From Bdellovibrio sp. GT3 (lineage in GTDB: Bacteria > Bdellovibrionota > Bdellovibrionia > Bdellovibrionales > Bdellovibrionaceae): 32,000 bases of DNA. The translations under genes and the position numbers were made by a program. The notes under the pieces are model-generated. The model saw nothing but the letters and a program-made list of their open reading frames with translations. It searched no databases and had not been told where the DNA came from. Location of the stretch: the NCBI RefSeq assembly GCF_037996765.1, contig NZ_JBBNAD010000005.1, positions 1-32,000 of the forward strand, given 5' to 3'. Positions 23,958 to 32,000 of this stretch are shown piece by piece (within the stretch, counting starts at the first letter, position 1; the number at the start of each line of letters is the position of its first letter).

Positions 23958-25154
23958 ATGAAACTGGGTATTGAGGTTTTGCTTTCCGATGCAAAGATGT
24001 TGAAGTCACTAAAAGGAAAGCGTGTGGGCCTGGTCTGCCATCCCGCCAGTGTAAATGAAAATCTGGAACACAGCCTGGATCTGCTATCTAAAAAAATCAA
24101 ACTTTCCTGCGCCTTCGGACCACAACATGGTGTTCGCGGTGACAAACAGGATAACATGATTGAAAGCCCGAACTTCGTGGACCCCGTTCATAAAATTCCC
24201 ATCTTCAGTCTTTACGGCGAGGTTCGCAGACCCACCGCTGAAATGATGAGCCACTTTGATGTCCTTTTGTTTGATCTTCAGGACCTCGGTTGTCGCATTT
24301 ATACATTTATCACCACTTTGCTTTACGTGATGGAAGAATGCGCGAAGCTGGATAAAACCATCATCATCCTTGATCGTCCGAATCCAGCGGGCCGCCCTAT
24401 TGAAGGATTCAAAATGCTTCCGGGTTGGGAGTCCTTTGTTGGAGCAGCTCCAATTCCAATGCGTCATGGTCTGACGGTCGGCGAATTGGCTTTGTACTTT
24501 GCTGATTTCTACAAAATGGATTTGGATTTGAATGTCATCAAAATGAAAGGTTATGCGCCAAACAAAGCGCCTGGATTTGGCTGGGAGCAAAAACGTGCGT
24601 GGGTTAATCCATCACCGAATGCCGCGAATTTGAATATGGCCCGCGCCTATCCGGGAACTGTTTTGATCGAAGGCACAACACTTTCCGAAGGCCGCGGCAC
24701 GACTCGCGCACTGGAAGTCATTGGTGCCTCTGATATCGACTTCAGCGAAGTGCTGGTAAGAATGAAAAAGAAAGCACCGCAATGGCACAAGGGTGCGATC
24801 TTGCGTGAATGCTATTTTGAACCAACTTTCCATAAACATGTCGGGAAGCTGTGCCACGGATTCCAATTCCATACGGACACCGTCGCTTACAAGCATGAAC
24901 TGTTTAAACCATTCCGTTTAACCGCCCTGATGCTAAAAGTAATCCGCGAAATGCATCCACAGTATCCAATCTATCGCGACTTTGCATATGAGTATGTGAA
25001 AGACCGTTTGGCCTTTGATGTGATCAACGGCGGTCCGGCTCTGAAGAATTGGATTGAGGATAAAAAAGCCACGCCAAAGGATCTGGATCAGGCACTGGCT
25101 AAAGACGAAAAAAGCTGGGCAAAAGAACGCAAAAAGTATCTGTTATACAAATAG
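23958..25154 (+). CDS. DUF1343 family protein (exo-beta-N-acetylmuramidase NamZ-like)
   Basis: GKRVGLVCHPASV, FGPQHG and DLQDLGCRIYT are characteristic of DUF1343. Confidence 0.85.
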   Translation: MKLGIEVLLSDAKMLKSLKGKRVGLVCHPASVNENLEHSLDLLSKKIKLSCAFGPQHGVRGDKQDNMIESPNFVDPVHKIPIFSLYGEVRRPTAEMMSHFDVLLFDLQDLGCRIYTFITTLLYVMEECAKLDKTIIILDRPNPAGRPIEGFKMLPGWESFVGAAPIPMRHGLTVGELALYFADFYKMDLDLNVIKMKGYAPNKAPGFGWEQKRAWVNPSPNAANLNMARAYPGTVLIEGTTLSEGRGTTRALEVIGASDIDFSEVLVRMKKKAPQWHKGAILRECYFEPTFHKHVGKLCHGFQFHTDTVAYKHELFKPFRLTALMLKVIREMHPQYPIYRDFAYEYVKDRLAFDVINGGPALKNWIEDKKATPKDLDQALAKDEKSWAKERKKYLLYK

Positions 25155-25168
25155 TTCTAACCGACAAT

Positions 25169-25198
25169 AATGGTGGGGGACATTCTCCCACCATTTTC
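25169..25198 (+). terminator. rho-independent terminator after the DUF1343 gene
   Basis: AATGGTGGG-9 nt-CCCACCATT is followed by TT. Confidence 0.6.
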
Positions 25199-25402
25199 AT
25201 TTGCAGCGATCGAGTACTCAATATACTGCAAACTTCTTAAAAGCTTGCGACGCAAGATACGATCCGCAACCGACGCCTCCGAAACTGAAAAAGCGAACTG
25301 ACTTACTAACACCAGTGAAAAAATTAAGAACCGCATCCTGGCCCCCTTTCCTATTGATAAGACAGGGAGTGCTGGACCTTCGGTTAATGAAATCGCGATT
25401 CT

Positions 25403-26404
25403 CTAAGATTTCCTCATCAGCTGCGATATAAGCTCGAAAGAGCGCAATCTGTCGCTGTGATTATACTGATCCGAAACTATCATCAGCTCATCGGCCTGGG
25501 TGGCATTGATGAACTCCTGCAGTTTACGGATTACTGTCTCCGGCCCGCCAATAATGGACGTCGCCAAGCGGGATTTCACCAGTTGCTCCTCGGCCACGGT
25601 CCAATAAGCAGCCATCGAGTCCACCGGTGGTTCCATGTTCACTCGTTGATTACGGATGATCCCCAGGAATCGTCTCATCATCGTCGTCGACAATCGTTGC
25701 GCTTCCTGATCTGAATCTGCTGCGACAATTTGAATTCCAAGCATCACATAAGGTTTCTTTAAATGTTCAGAGGCCTGAAATCCTGCGCGATAAATTTTAA
25801 TGGCATCCATCATTTCGTCAGGAGCAAAGTGGCCCGCAAAAGAATACGGCAACCCTAAATATGCAGCCAGCTGCGCGCTGTAAAGTGAAGAGCCCAATAT
25901 CCATAGCGGAACATTCACACCCGCCCCTGGAATCGCCCGAACCTTTTGATCGGGATATGATTCCTTGAAGTAACCTTGCAGCTCCAGCACCAATTCACCA
26001 AAATCCGGTTCACGTCGCAAATCCCGGCGCAGCGCCCGCATCGTCAATCCATCGGTCCCCGGTGCTCGCCCCAATCCCAAATCAATTCTTCCCGGATACA
26101 AAGTCCCCAATGTTCCGAATTGTTCAGCGATCACTAGCGGCGCGTGATTCGGAAGCATGATGCCGCCCGAACCCACGCGAATGCTCTTGGTTCCTCCAGC
26201 GATGTAACCGATCAGTACCGAAGTGGCGGCACTGGCAATGCCTTCCAGGTTGTGATGCTCTGCCAGCCAATAGCGATTGTATCCCCACTGTTCTGCATGA
26301 CGAGCCAGATCCAGGGAATTGTGAAATGAATCCGCGATGGATTTCCCTTGAGCGATCGAGGCCAAATCCAAAATAGAGTATTTTACTTCAGAGAGAGTTT
26401 TCAT
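25403..26404 (-). CDS. LLM-class (luciferase-like) flavin-dependent oxidoreductase
   Basis: LDLA...[23 protein letters not shown] is typical of the YhbW/MsnO8-like LLM family. Confidence 0.88.
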   Translation of the reverse strand: MKTLSEVKYSILDLASIAQGKSIADSFHNSLDLARHAEQWGYNRYWLAEHHNLEGIASAATSVLIGYIAGGTKSIRVGSGGIMLPNHAPLVIAEQFGTLGTLYPGRIDLGLGRAPGTDGLTMRALRRDLRREPDFGELVLELQGYFKESYPDQKVRAIPGAGVNVPLWILGSSLYSAQLAAYLGLPYSFAGHFAPDEMMDAIKIYRAGFQASEHLKKPYVMLGIQIVAADSDQEAQRLSTTMMRRFLGIIRNQRVNMEPPVDSMAAYWTVAEEQLVKSRLATSIIGGPETVIRKLQEFINATQADELMIVSDQYNHSDRLRSFELISQLMRKS

Positions 26405-26490
26405 ATTTGTAATTCCTAATTCAGCCTTTACGCTTTGTGATTCTGCAATTTAAGTGTAGATCGACATCTTCAAATGAAGAGAGGTCAAAA

Positions 26491-26859
26491 ATGAAAACAC
26501 TAATCACAGCACTATTCCTATCCTTCGGTTTCATCAGCGCAGCTCATGCGAATCAATGGACCCATGTTCTTACAACAACGATCACAACGCAATCACCTGA
26601 CTATAAAGACATTCTGATTCACAATCGCGGGACTTACTCTCAAATCATGGTTGAAACGGGCTCCAAAGCACACATCGAACGCATCGACACGATCTCTCAC
26701 ATTCTTTGGGGTAAACAAGTTTCCGGAATCAGCGGAGTTTATGCTGCTGGCGAAAGCAAAACAGCTTACTTCGGTCCTTCCAAAGTTCGCTTCTTGCGCA
26801 TTTACGTCACTTCAATTCCATTCGGAATGCCCGTGCCTGTGAAAGTTTGGATGCGATAA
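26491..26859 (+). CDS. hypothetical secreted protein
   Basis: The signal peptide is MKTLITALFLSFGFISAAHA|NQ. GAGAGG lies upstream of ATG 26491. Confidence 0.55.
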   Translation: MKTLITALFLSFGFISAAHANQWTHVLTTTITTQSPDYKDILIHNRGTYSQIMVETGSKAHIERIDTISHILWGKQVSGISGVYAAGESKTAYFGPSKVRFLRIYVTSIPFGMPVPVKVWMR

Positions 26860-27552
26860 GCCCAATGGATCGTGAGGGTGATTAACTTTATTACCCTCTG
26901 AATCCACCCATTCAAACTGAACCGCATTTTTAAATTCCTTGCGACGAAGGAAGTAGTAAACCAACGCAAATCCAATTCCCAGAACGAATCCGGTGAAATG
27001 GGCACTGTAACTGACTTGTGGATCAAAGGCCGATGTCGGCATAAACACCCCAAGTCCCACGCCAACGGCTCTAATTCCTCTATGAAGTCGCGATCTTTTC
27101 TCATCGAGCAGGCAATACAGAGCGAGCCACGCTCCGCCCATCCAATATACAACGCCCGAAGCCCCCAGCAAGTTCACTTCAGGTGGATAACCTTTAAGTA
27201 CGATGTAGTTAATTATTCCGCCGAAAAACAAAGCTGCCGTTGGAAACATCCAAAGACCAAAAAATCCCACCAGCAAATAGCCTAATACAAAGAATAGAAT
27301 CATGTTGCTAAGCAAGTGCCCGATGTCAGCGTGGGAGATCAAAGCCGTCCATAAGCGCCAGTACTGCTTCTTTTCAAAGACATTCTGTCCTGATGCAGGC
27401 ATCCACTGATCTGCACCTGCAAATCCATCCCAATATCCAATCGCGCCAATCACCAGGATTAATACCGTCAATGCCGATATGAATCCTGCTAATGGCGATG
27501 GTCTATGGCTGAGCCAGGTGGCTCTTACGTTCTTCCATATGGTTTGTTCCAT
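26812..27552 (-). CDS. rhomboid-family intramembrane serine protease
   Basis: There are multiple TM helices, plus HADIGHLLSNM and GASGVVYWMGGAW (GxSG). GGAGGA lies before ATG 27552. Confidence 0.85.
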   Translation of the reverse strand: MEQTIWKNVRATWLSHRPSPLAGFISALTVLILVIGAIGYWDGFAGADQWMPASGQNVFEKKQYWRLWTALISHADIGHLLSNMILFFVLGYLLVGFFGLWMFPTAALFFGGIINYIVLKGYPPEVNLLGASGVVYWMGGAWLALYCLLDEKRSRLHRGIRAVGVGLGVFMPTSAFDPQVSYSAHFTGFVLGIGFALVYYFLRRKEFKNAVQFEWVDSEGNKVNHPHDPLGLSHPNFHRHGHSEWN

Positions 27553-27611
27553 CGATCCTCCAAAGCGTTGCACTTAATTCTGAGTCCAATCCAAGGGAAG
27601 TCAAGGCAGCC

Positions 27612-27645
27612 AAAAAAAAAGGCCGTCCATCGGACAGCCCTTTTA
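27612..27645 (-). terminator. rho-independent terminator downstream of 27668..28078
   Basis: On the minus strand, GGCTGTCC-GAT-GGACGGCC is followed by T9. There is one G-U pair in the stem. Confidence 0.75.
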
Positions 27646-27667
27646 TATTTGATTTGAAGTCGAATCC

Positions 27668-28078
27668 TTACGGGTTGTAAGTTTGGTGACTGTTTTCCTT
27701 GGAATCAAACAACGCCTTGATATACGCCGCTGCAGTGGCGTTGTCGTTGTTTTGCAAAGAAGTCTGAATTTGCACAGCCAATCCCGCTGCATATTGAAGA
27801 TGCTGCTGATAGTTTTGCCATACAGCCGGTTGTTGATCTTGAGGCCATCTGTTCAGGATTTCCGGAACCTTTTGCATATTCGCCTGAAGCAATAAGGCAA
27901 TCTGATTTGCGTAAACTGCGTTTTGCTGATTCTGAGATGGATCATTCACAGAAGCTTTGATCAGCTTTGCCATTTTTTCGATTTCCATCATGTCTTGTTT
28001 GATGCTGGTAACTTCAGCGTAGGCCGCCAACACAACCACTGACAATGCTACAAAAACTGAAACTAAAATTTTACGCAT
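27668..28078 (-). CDS. secreted four-helix protein, cytochrome b562-like
   Basis: There is a signal peptide. A Met lies near the mature N-terminus (QDMMEIEKM) and a C-terminal His sits in ENSHQTYNP. These echo the b562 Met/His heme ligands and the ...AYHQKYR tail. Confidence 0.5.
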   Translation of the reverse strand: MRKILVSVFVALSVVVLAAYAEVTSIKQDMMEIEKMAKLIKASVNDPSQNQQNAVYANQIALLLQANMQKVPEILNRWPQDQQPAVWQNYQQHLQYAAGLAVQIQTSLQNNDNATAAAYIKALFDSKENSHQTYNP

Positions 28079-28098
28079 AACTCTTCCTCTGCTGATTC

Positions 28099-28596
28099 TT
28101 AAATTTTCTTGTGGGCTTTGTTAACTTTGTTGTTAACTTCCTGGTTTTTTTCCACGATCGGAGCGTAATCACGCTGAGCTTCGGGAGTTGCCAGGGTTTT
28201 TACCAAAAGATCGCGATATTCAACTAAGGCATCACGGAACTCTTCCATGAAGTACAGGTAGTATTCTTTCAACTCTTGTTTTTCTTTAGGGTCAGTCATC
28301 AGACCGCCTTTGGAAGGCAGCACGGACTCCGTCGGATTAGCCATCACAGCTTCCGCACAAGCGATGGAAATATTCAAACCAGCAATACCTTTTTCGATAT
28401 CCTGATCAGTCACTTTATCCCAAGGATCTCCGATTTTGCGCGCCACTGTTTCAGCATCAGCAAAATACTTTCCGAAATTACGCATTACTCGGTTGATCGT
28501 TAATTCAGTTTCATTATTGCGTAGCGGGCAGGTTTCTTTTGCCAAAGACACAGCCGGCATCAATAGAGCGATCGCGATAACAATACGAGAAATCAT
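28099..28596 (-). CDS. secreted helical protein, cytochrome b562-like paralogue
   Basis: A signal peptide begins at ATG 28596 (MISRIVIAIALLMPAVSLA). The architecture is similar to the neighbouring gene (INRVMRNF ... NKAHKKI). Confidence 0.4.
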   Translation of the reverse strand: MISRIVIAIALLMPAVSLAKETCPLRNNETELTINRVMRNFGKYFADAETVARKIGDPWDKVTDQDIEKGIAGLNISIACAEAVMANPTESVLPSKGGLMTDPKEKQELKEYYLYFMEEFRDALVEYRDLLVKTLATPEAQRDYAPIVEKNQEVNNKVNKAHKKI

Positions 28597-28760
28597 GGGC
28601 ACCCCTTTAATAAACAGTGCCAAGCTAGTAACTGAGGGTTGCTTGGAAGTCATGCGAGGGGCCAGCCAGCACTCTAATTGAAAACCAAATGGCTTGCCGA
28701 TAAGGAAAAATTTACCAGTTTTTCAGTCTTAACAGGTATTTACCCGGGATAAGAGCTTTC

Positions 28761-29417
28761 TCAATTAGCCTTGCGAATCTCAAGTAGACTGGTTCCGCGG
28801 ATATCCCCAAGGATCTCCAGGCTCATAACTGATGACAGATGTTGCCCGGCCAGATGAAAGGCGCTCCAACCATGTTGGCGCTGCTCGCGCAACAAAACAT
28901 AGGCGCGTCCCCCGGGGCGAAGCGAGTTTTCAATTCCACGCATCAGATTGGCGAAATCAGAATCGATAAAGAAACGACATCTGTTTTTAAAATCGGAGGG
29001 GGATAAAGTTCCTTGGTCCCGATGGAAGTAAGGGGGATTGCATAATATTAAATCATACTGATTTTTATACTTTTCCGCCTGAAGCACATCATAGTTCTCG
29101 CCAACAAAATTCAGATTCGTTTTGGAGTCCGTCACGTGCTTGGAGTTTTTGCTAAAATGCTCCTGATAAATTTCGGACTGAACCTCCAAAAAATCAAAGG
29201 CTCTTGGAACAACTCCGCGCTCCTTTTGATTATGAAATAGAAAGTCCAATCCGATAATCCCGCAACCCGCACACAAATCCAGACATGTCGCCGGAGCCAG
29301 TCCCTCGTCTCGATAGATTTCATAAACTTGTCGAGCAAGGAATACCGAATCGTGAGAGAAATGGTATTCCTCGGGTTGAGAATATTCAAAGGTGTAGTGC
29401 GGGTTGACTGATGACAT
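28761..29417 (-). CDS. SAM-dependent N6-adenine-type methyltransferase (TrmN6/YfiC-like small MTase)
   Basis: Motif I is LDLCAGCGIIGL and motif IV is LILCNPPYF. Confidence 0.8.
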   Translation of the reverse strand: MSSVNPHYTFEYSQPEEYHFSHDSVFLARQVYEIYRDEGLAPATCLDLCAGCGIIGLDFLFHNQKERGVVPRAFDFLEVQSEIYQEHFSKNSKHVTDSKTNLNFVGENYDVLQAEKYKNQYDLILCNPPYFHRDQGTLSPSDFKNRCRFFIDSDFANLMRGIENSLRPGGRAYVLLREQRQHGWSAFHLAGQHLSSVMSLEILGDIRGTSLLEIRKAN

Positions 29418-29443
29418 ACAGCCACTTTATCCCCGACTTCCCC

Positions 29444-30592
29444 CTATGGCAATGATCTGCACAGCTTTAATCCCAAAGACTCATTAATATCCAGCATCCT
29501 CTGTGTTCCGTAGTGTTTGTTTAAATAGTTCAGAACCGCCCTGTCGCCACCAGAACCCATGGGATAAATCTTTACACCATTGCGAACGGTCGGCGTATAT
29601 GCGACCCCGGTGATCTGAGCTTTGCCCTGATCGTTCTTGGCAAGTCCCAGATACATAACCGCAGACGCCCGACGCTCGACATCCTTTTGACCTGCTACGA
29701 AATTTCCCAACGAGTAGACAATGAAGGTTTCCCGTCCATCCTTGGTCACGTATTTATCCCAAGGCTGCAGCACATGAGGATGCGAGCCGACCACGGCGAC
29801 AGCACCTGCATCCAGAAACCTTTTGGCGCCAGCAACTTGCTTCGAATTCGGTGATTGCTTGTACTCTTCCCCCCAATGAGGATAGACGATCACCGCATCG
29901 ACATCTGAACGCCCCGCCAACTCCCTGACTAAACTCTCGGCTTCGGGTTTGAAACAATTCAATACCTGAGATTTGGAATCACTGCGCCCGTTGGTGGATT
30001 CAGTACAACCCACAAAAGCCACGTTAATCCCACGAATTGAAACCGTTTTATAATAAGCCCCGTTTCGTTCCTGGGAATGGCGAACTCCCACCGTTGGAAT
30101 TCCATAACTTCTGGCTGCATTGACAGTTTTATCAATACCGATAGCACCGCGATCCAAAGAATGATTGTTGGCCAAGGTCAAAAGATCAATGCCACTGTTG
30201 CGAAGGTTTTCCAGAATTCGCGGATGGTAATTAAAGACCATGTTGGTGCCCGAATAAACCCGGTCATCATAAATAAATCCGACATCGCCCCAGTCCCGGC
30301 CTTGGGCATCGATCCCCATTGCCGCAGGACCTTCAAGATTAGCTATTGAAAAGTGCGCTTTTGCGAACAGGGGGTTGATGGATCTCCAGATCTGGGAGAA
30401 GTCCTTCGACTCGCTCACCACATTCAGGTAAAGCATTTTGTGAATCAAAACGTCCCCGACAAACGAGATCGCCGCAAATGGAGAATTTTCCTGGCACCTG
30501 CCACTGAAATTCAGATCCTGTCCCTGTGCCCATGTTACTGATGGAAGAATCCCCAGCATCACTGCCAGGGATTTAAAAAATTTGTTTTTCAT
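29444..30592 (-). CDS. CapA-family metallophosphatase (poly-gamma-glutamate synthesis-like)
   Basis: LTLANNHSLD and VVGSHPHVLQPW are present. A signal peptide begins at ATG 30592 (MKNKFFKSLAVMLGILPSVTWA). Confidence 0.85.
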   Translation of the reverse strand: MKNKFFKSLAVMLGILPSVTWAQGQDLNFSGRCQENSPFAAISFVGDVLIHKMLYLNVVSESKDFSQIWRSINPLFAKAHFSIANLEGPAAMGIDAQGRDWGDVGFIYDDRVYSGTNMVFNYHPRILENLRNSGIDLLTLANNHSLDRGAIGIDKTVNAARSYGIPTVGVRHSQERNGAYYKTVSIRGINVAFVGCTESTNGRSDSKSQVLNCFKPEAESLVRELAGRSDVDAVIVYPHWGEEYKQSPNSKQVAGAKRFLDAGAVAVVGSHPHVLQPWDKYVTKDGRETFIVYSLGNFVAGQKDVERRASAVMYLGLAKNDQGKAQITGVAYTPTVRNGVKIYPMGSGGDRAVLNYLNKHYGTQRMLDINESLGLKLCRSLP

Positions 30593-30599
30593 TTTTGTA

Positions 30600-31139
30600 T
30601 TATGCCTCTGAAGAATTGCGACGATCCCGAGCCACTTGCCCTTTGCGTGAACGGGCACTGGAATATCCGGCAATCCGCTTGCCCACGGTTCTTGTCGCCG
30701 ATAGATTGCCCCGGGGTTCGGTGGTCTCTTTGGCGTACATTTTTCTTTTGGTCTTAAGCATGAAATCCTCGCGAGGTTCATCATTGCGCTTCAAATTCAT
30801 TTTGGGTTGTGCGGTCATGCTTTTTTTGCCTCGTAAAGCCTTGGCCTTACGTTTTGCAATACGTTCCTTGTTCAGGACACGATCGAAACGATCCAAAGTT
30901 CTTTCCATACTGCGCAAACGGAATGTTGCCTCACGCACGACAGTTTTATCATCCGCTTTTGCACGAACAGTTTTACGATGACGTTTGATTAAATCCACAG
31001 TACGAGCCCGGGCTTTTTTCAGTCGATCATGAGGAACTTTTTTAAGATCGGAGGATTGACCTTGAGTGAATAGTTTAAACTCCGCTTTTGTCAGTCTTTT
31101 TTTCGCCGCTTTTTGCGTGGCGGACATTGTCGTTGTCAT
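30600..31139 (-). CDS. 179-aa highly basic (Lys/Arg-rich) hypothetical protein
   Basis: AAGGAG lies 6 nt before ATG 31139. The composition is low-complexity and K/R-rich throughout. Confidence 0.55.
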   Translation of the reverse strand: MTTTMSATQKAAKKRLTKAEFKLFTQGQSSDLKKVPHDRLKKARARTVDLIKRHRKTVRAKADDKTVVREATFRLRSMERTLDRFDRVLNKERIAKRKAKALRGKKSMTAQPKMNLKRNDEPREDFMLKTKRKMYAKETTEPRGNLSATRTVGKRIAGYSSARSRKGQVARDRRNSSEA

Positions 31140-31249
31140 AGTTACTCCTTGTTGTTCGAATCTAAATAATACGAGCAAGCTTCCTCGCTACCCTATTGAC
31201 AAATAGGGCCTTTGTTGGAAAGCATGAGGTAACCCAAAAGAGGACTATC

Positions 31250-31792
31250 ATGAAGATCAAAAGAATTTGCGTGTACTGCGGAGCGAACCCCGGCAACAAA
31301 ATTGAATATGGCGAAGCCGCGCGTGAATTGGGTTATCTGTTGGCCGATCACAAAATCGAACTGGTTTATGGCGGTGGCAAAGTGGGCTTAATGGGAATCA
31401 TCGCCAATGCCGTTTTGGAAAAAGGTGGACTGGTCACGGGCATCATTCCGCAAAAACTGGTCGAGCTTGAACAAGCTCATCATGGTCTGACTGATCTTCG
31501 TATCGTCAATGATATGCATGAACGCAAAGCCACGATGGCTTCACTCGCAGACGGCTTCATCGCATTGCCGGGTGGATTCGGCACATTGGAAGAACTGTTC
31601 GAAGTTTTGACATGGTCACAAATTGGCTATCATCAGAAGCCAATTGCCTTGGTAAACGTGCAAAACTTCTTTGACCATCTCCAACTTTTTGTCAGTCATG
31701 CAACTTCTACAGGTTTGTTAAGAAATGAATATTCCAGATTTTTTCAGTTAAAAGAAACGCCTCAGGAAGCCTTAAAAGCAATACTTTCTTAG
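31250..31792 (+). CDS. LOG-family (TIGR00730) nucleotide phosphoribohydrolase
   Basis: ICVYCGA, YGGGKVGLMG and PGGFGTLEELFEVLTW are present. Confidence 0.9.
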   Translation: MKIKRICVYCGANPGNKIEYGEAARELGYLLADHKIELVYGGGKVGLMGIIANAVLEKGGLVTGIIPQKLVELEQAHHGLTDLRIVNDMHERKATMASLADGFIALPGGFGTLEELFEVLTWSQIGYHQKPIALVNVQNFFDHLQLFVSHATSTGLLRNEYSRFFQLKETPQEALKAILS

Positions 31793-31901
31793 CCACAGAA
31801 TTTTGCCTCGAATTCATATGGCATAAGTGGGGTCACAACTAAATTCGTTTCAAATTTGCAATTGGTGTTGCGAAACATTGTCGGGTAATTAAATAGCCGC
31901 A

Positions 31902-32000
31902 ATGAAATTTAATTTAAAGACTGAACCATACATTCAAAGTTATCGCGAAGACCTGGTGGAGCTTTCTCTGGTGCTGGAAGCTTTTGGCTATAAGGTTGAA
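31902..32000 (+). CDS. 5' end of an unidentified ORF running out of the window
   Basis: The frame is open from ATG 31902 to the window end (MKFNLKTEPYIQSYREDLVELSLVLEAFGYKVE...). There is not enough sequence for a call. Confidence 0.3.
   Translation, partial: MKFNLKTEPYIQSYREDLVELSLVLEAFGYKVE

Noticed and set aside
31250-31792. LOG-family gene as a possible distant component of the Thoeris SLOG signalling system
   Set aside because: It lies 22 kb away in the core-genome part and is a typical stand-alone TIGR00730 housekeeping-type LOG. Its genomic context does not link it to the island.
1-32000. CRISPR arrays, IS elements with terminal inverted repeats, rRNA genes, retron/reverse-transcriptase loci
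   Set aside because: I saw no regularly spaced direct repeats, no transposase-like ORFs, no RT motifs (YxDD) and no rRNA-like sequence on either strand.

Overview
The window has two parts. Nt 1 to about 14230 is a lower-GC accessory island. It ends on the right at a large serine recombinase gene (12207..13886, -) and a tRNA-Leu(UAG) gene (14232..14314, -). From 14373 onward the genes are ordinary core genes: gcvH, gcvT, dtd, a histidine kinase, patatin, an AraC regulator, DUF1343/NamZ, an LLM oxidoreductase, rhomboid, CapA, LOG and others. Gene content and about 50% GC in the core part suggest a Bdellovibrio-like genome, but this is a low-confidence guess.

The clearest system in the island is a tight three-gene operon, TIR-like ThsB / SIR2-SLOG ThsA / canonical TIR (6445..8944, +). 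It is a type I Thoeris anti-phage system, which is a known family. It is notable here because two unrelated TIR classes flank a single ThsA.

The rest of the island carries less well understood cargo:
- An orphan Toprim-domain protein (2176..3423, -).
- A tyrosine-recombinase-like gene of about 913 codons, split into two ORFs by a 1-nt frame change at a G5 run (5508..5512).
- A 0.9-kb low-coding stretch (8945..9844) with micro-ORFs, a perfect 12-bp hairpin and a C9 homopolymer.
- An SRAP (YedK/HMCES-like) protein with a helical insertion of about 110 aa.
- A PIN nuclease domain fused to 3-4 transmembrane helices.

I consider the Toprim/recombinase pair and the SRAP/116-aa/PIN-TM cluster the best candidates for undescribed defence or mobile-element functions. 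That rests only on genomic context and motifs. I saw no CRISPR array, rRNA, IS element or riboswitch.
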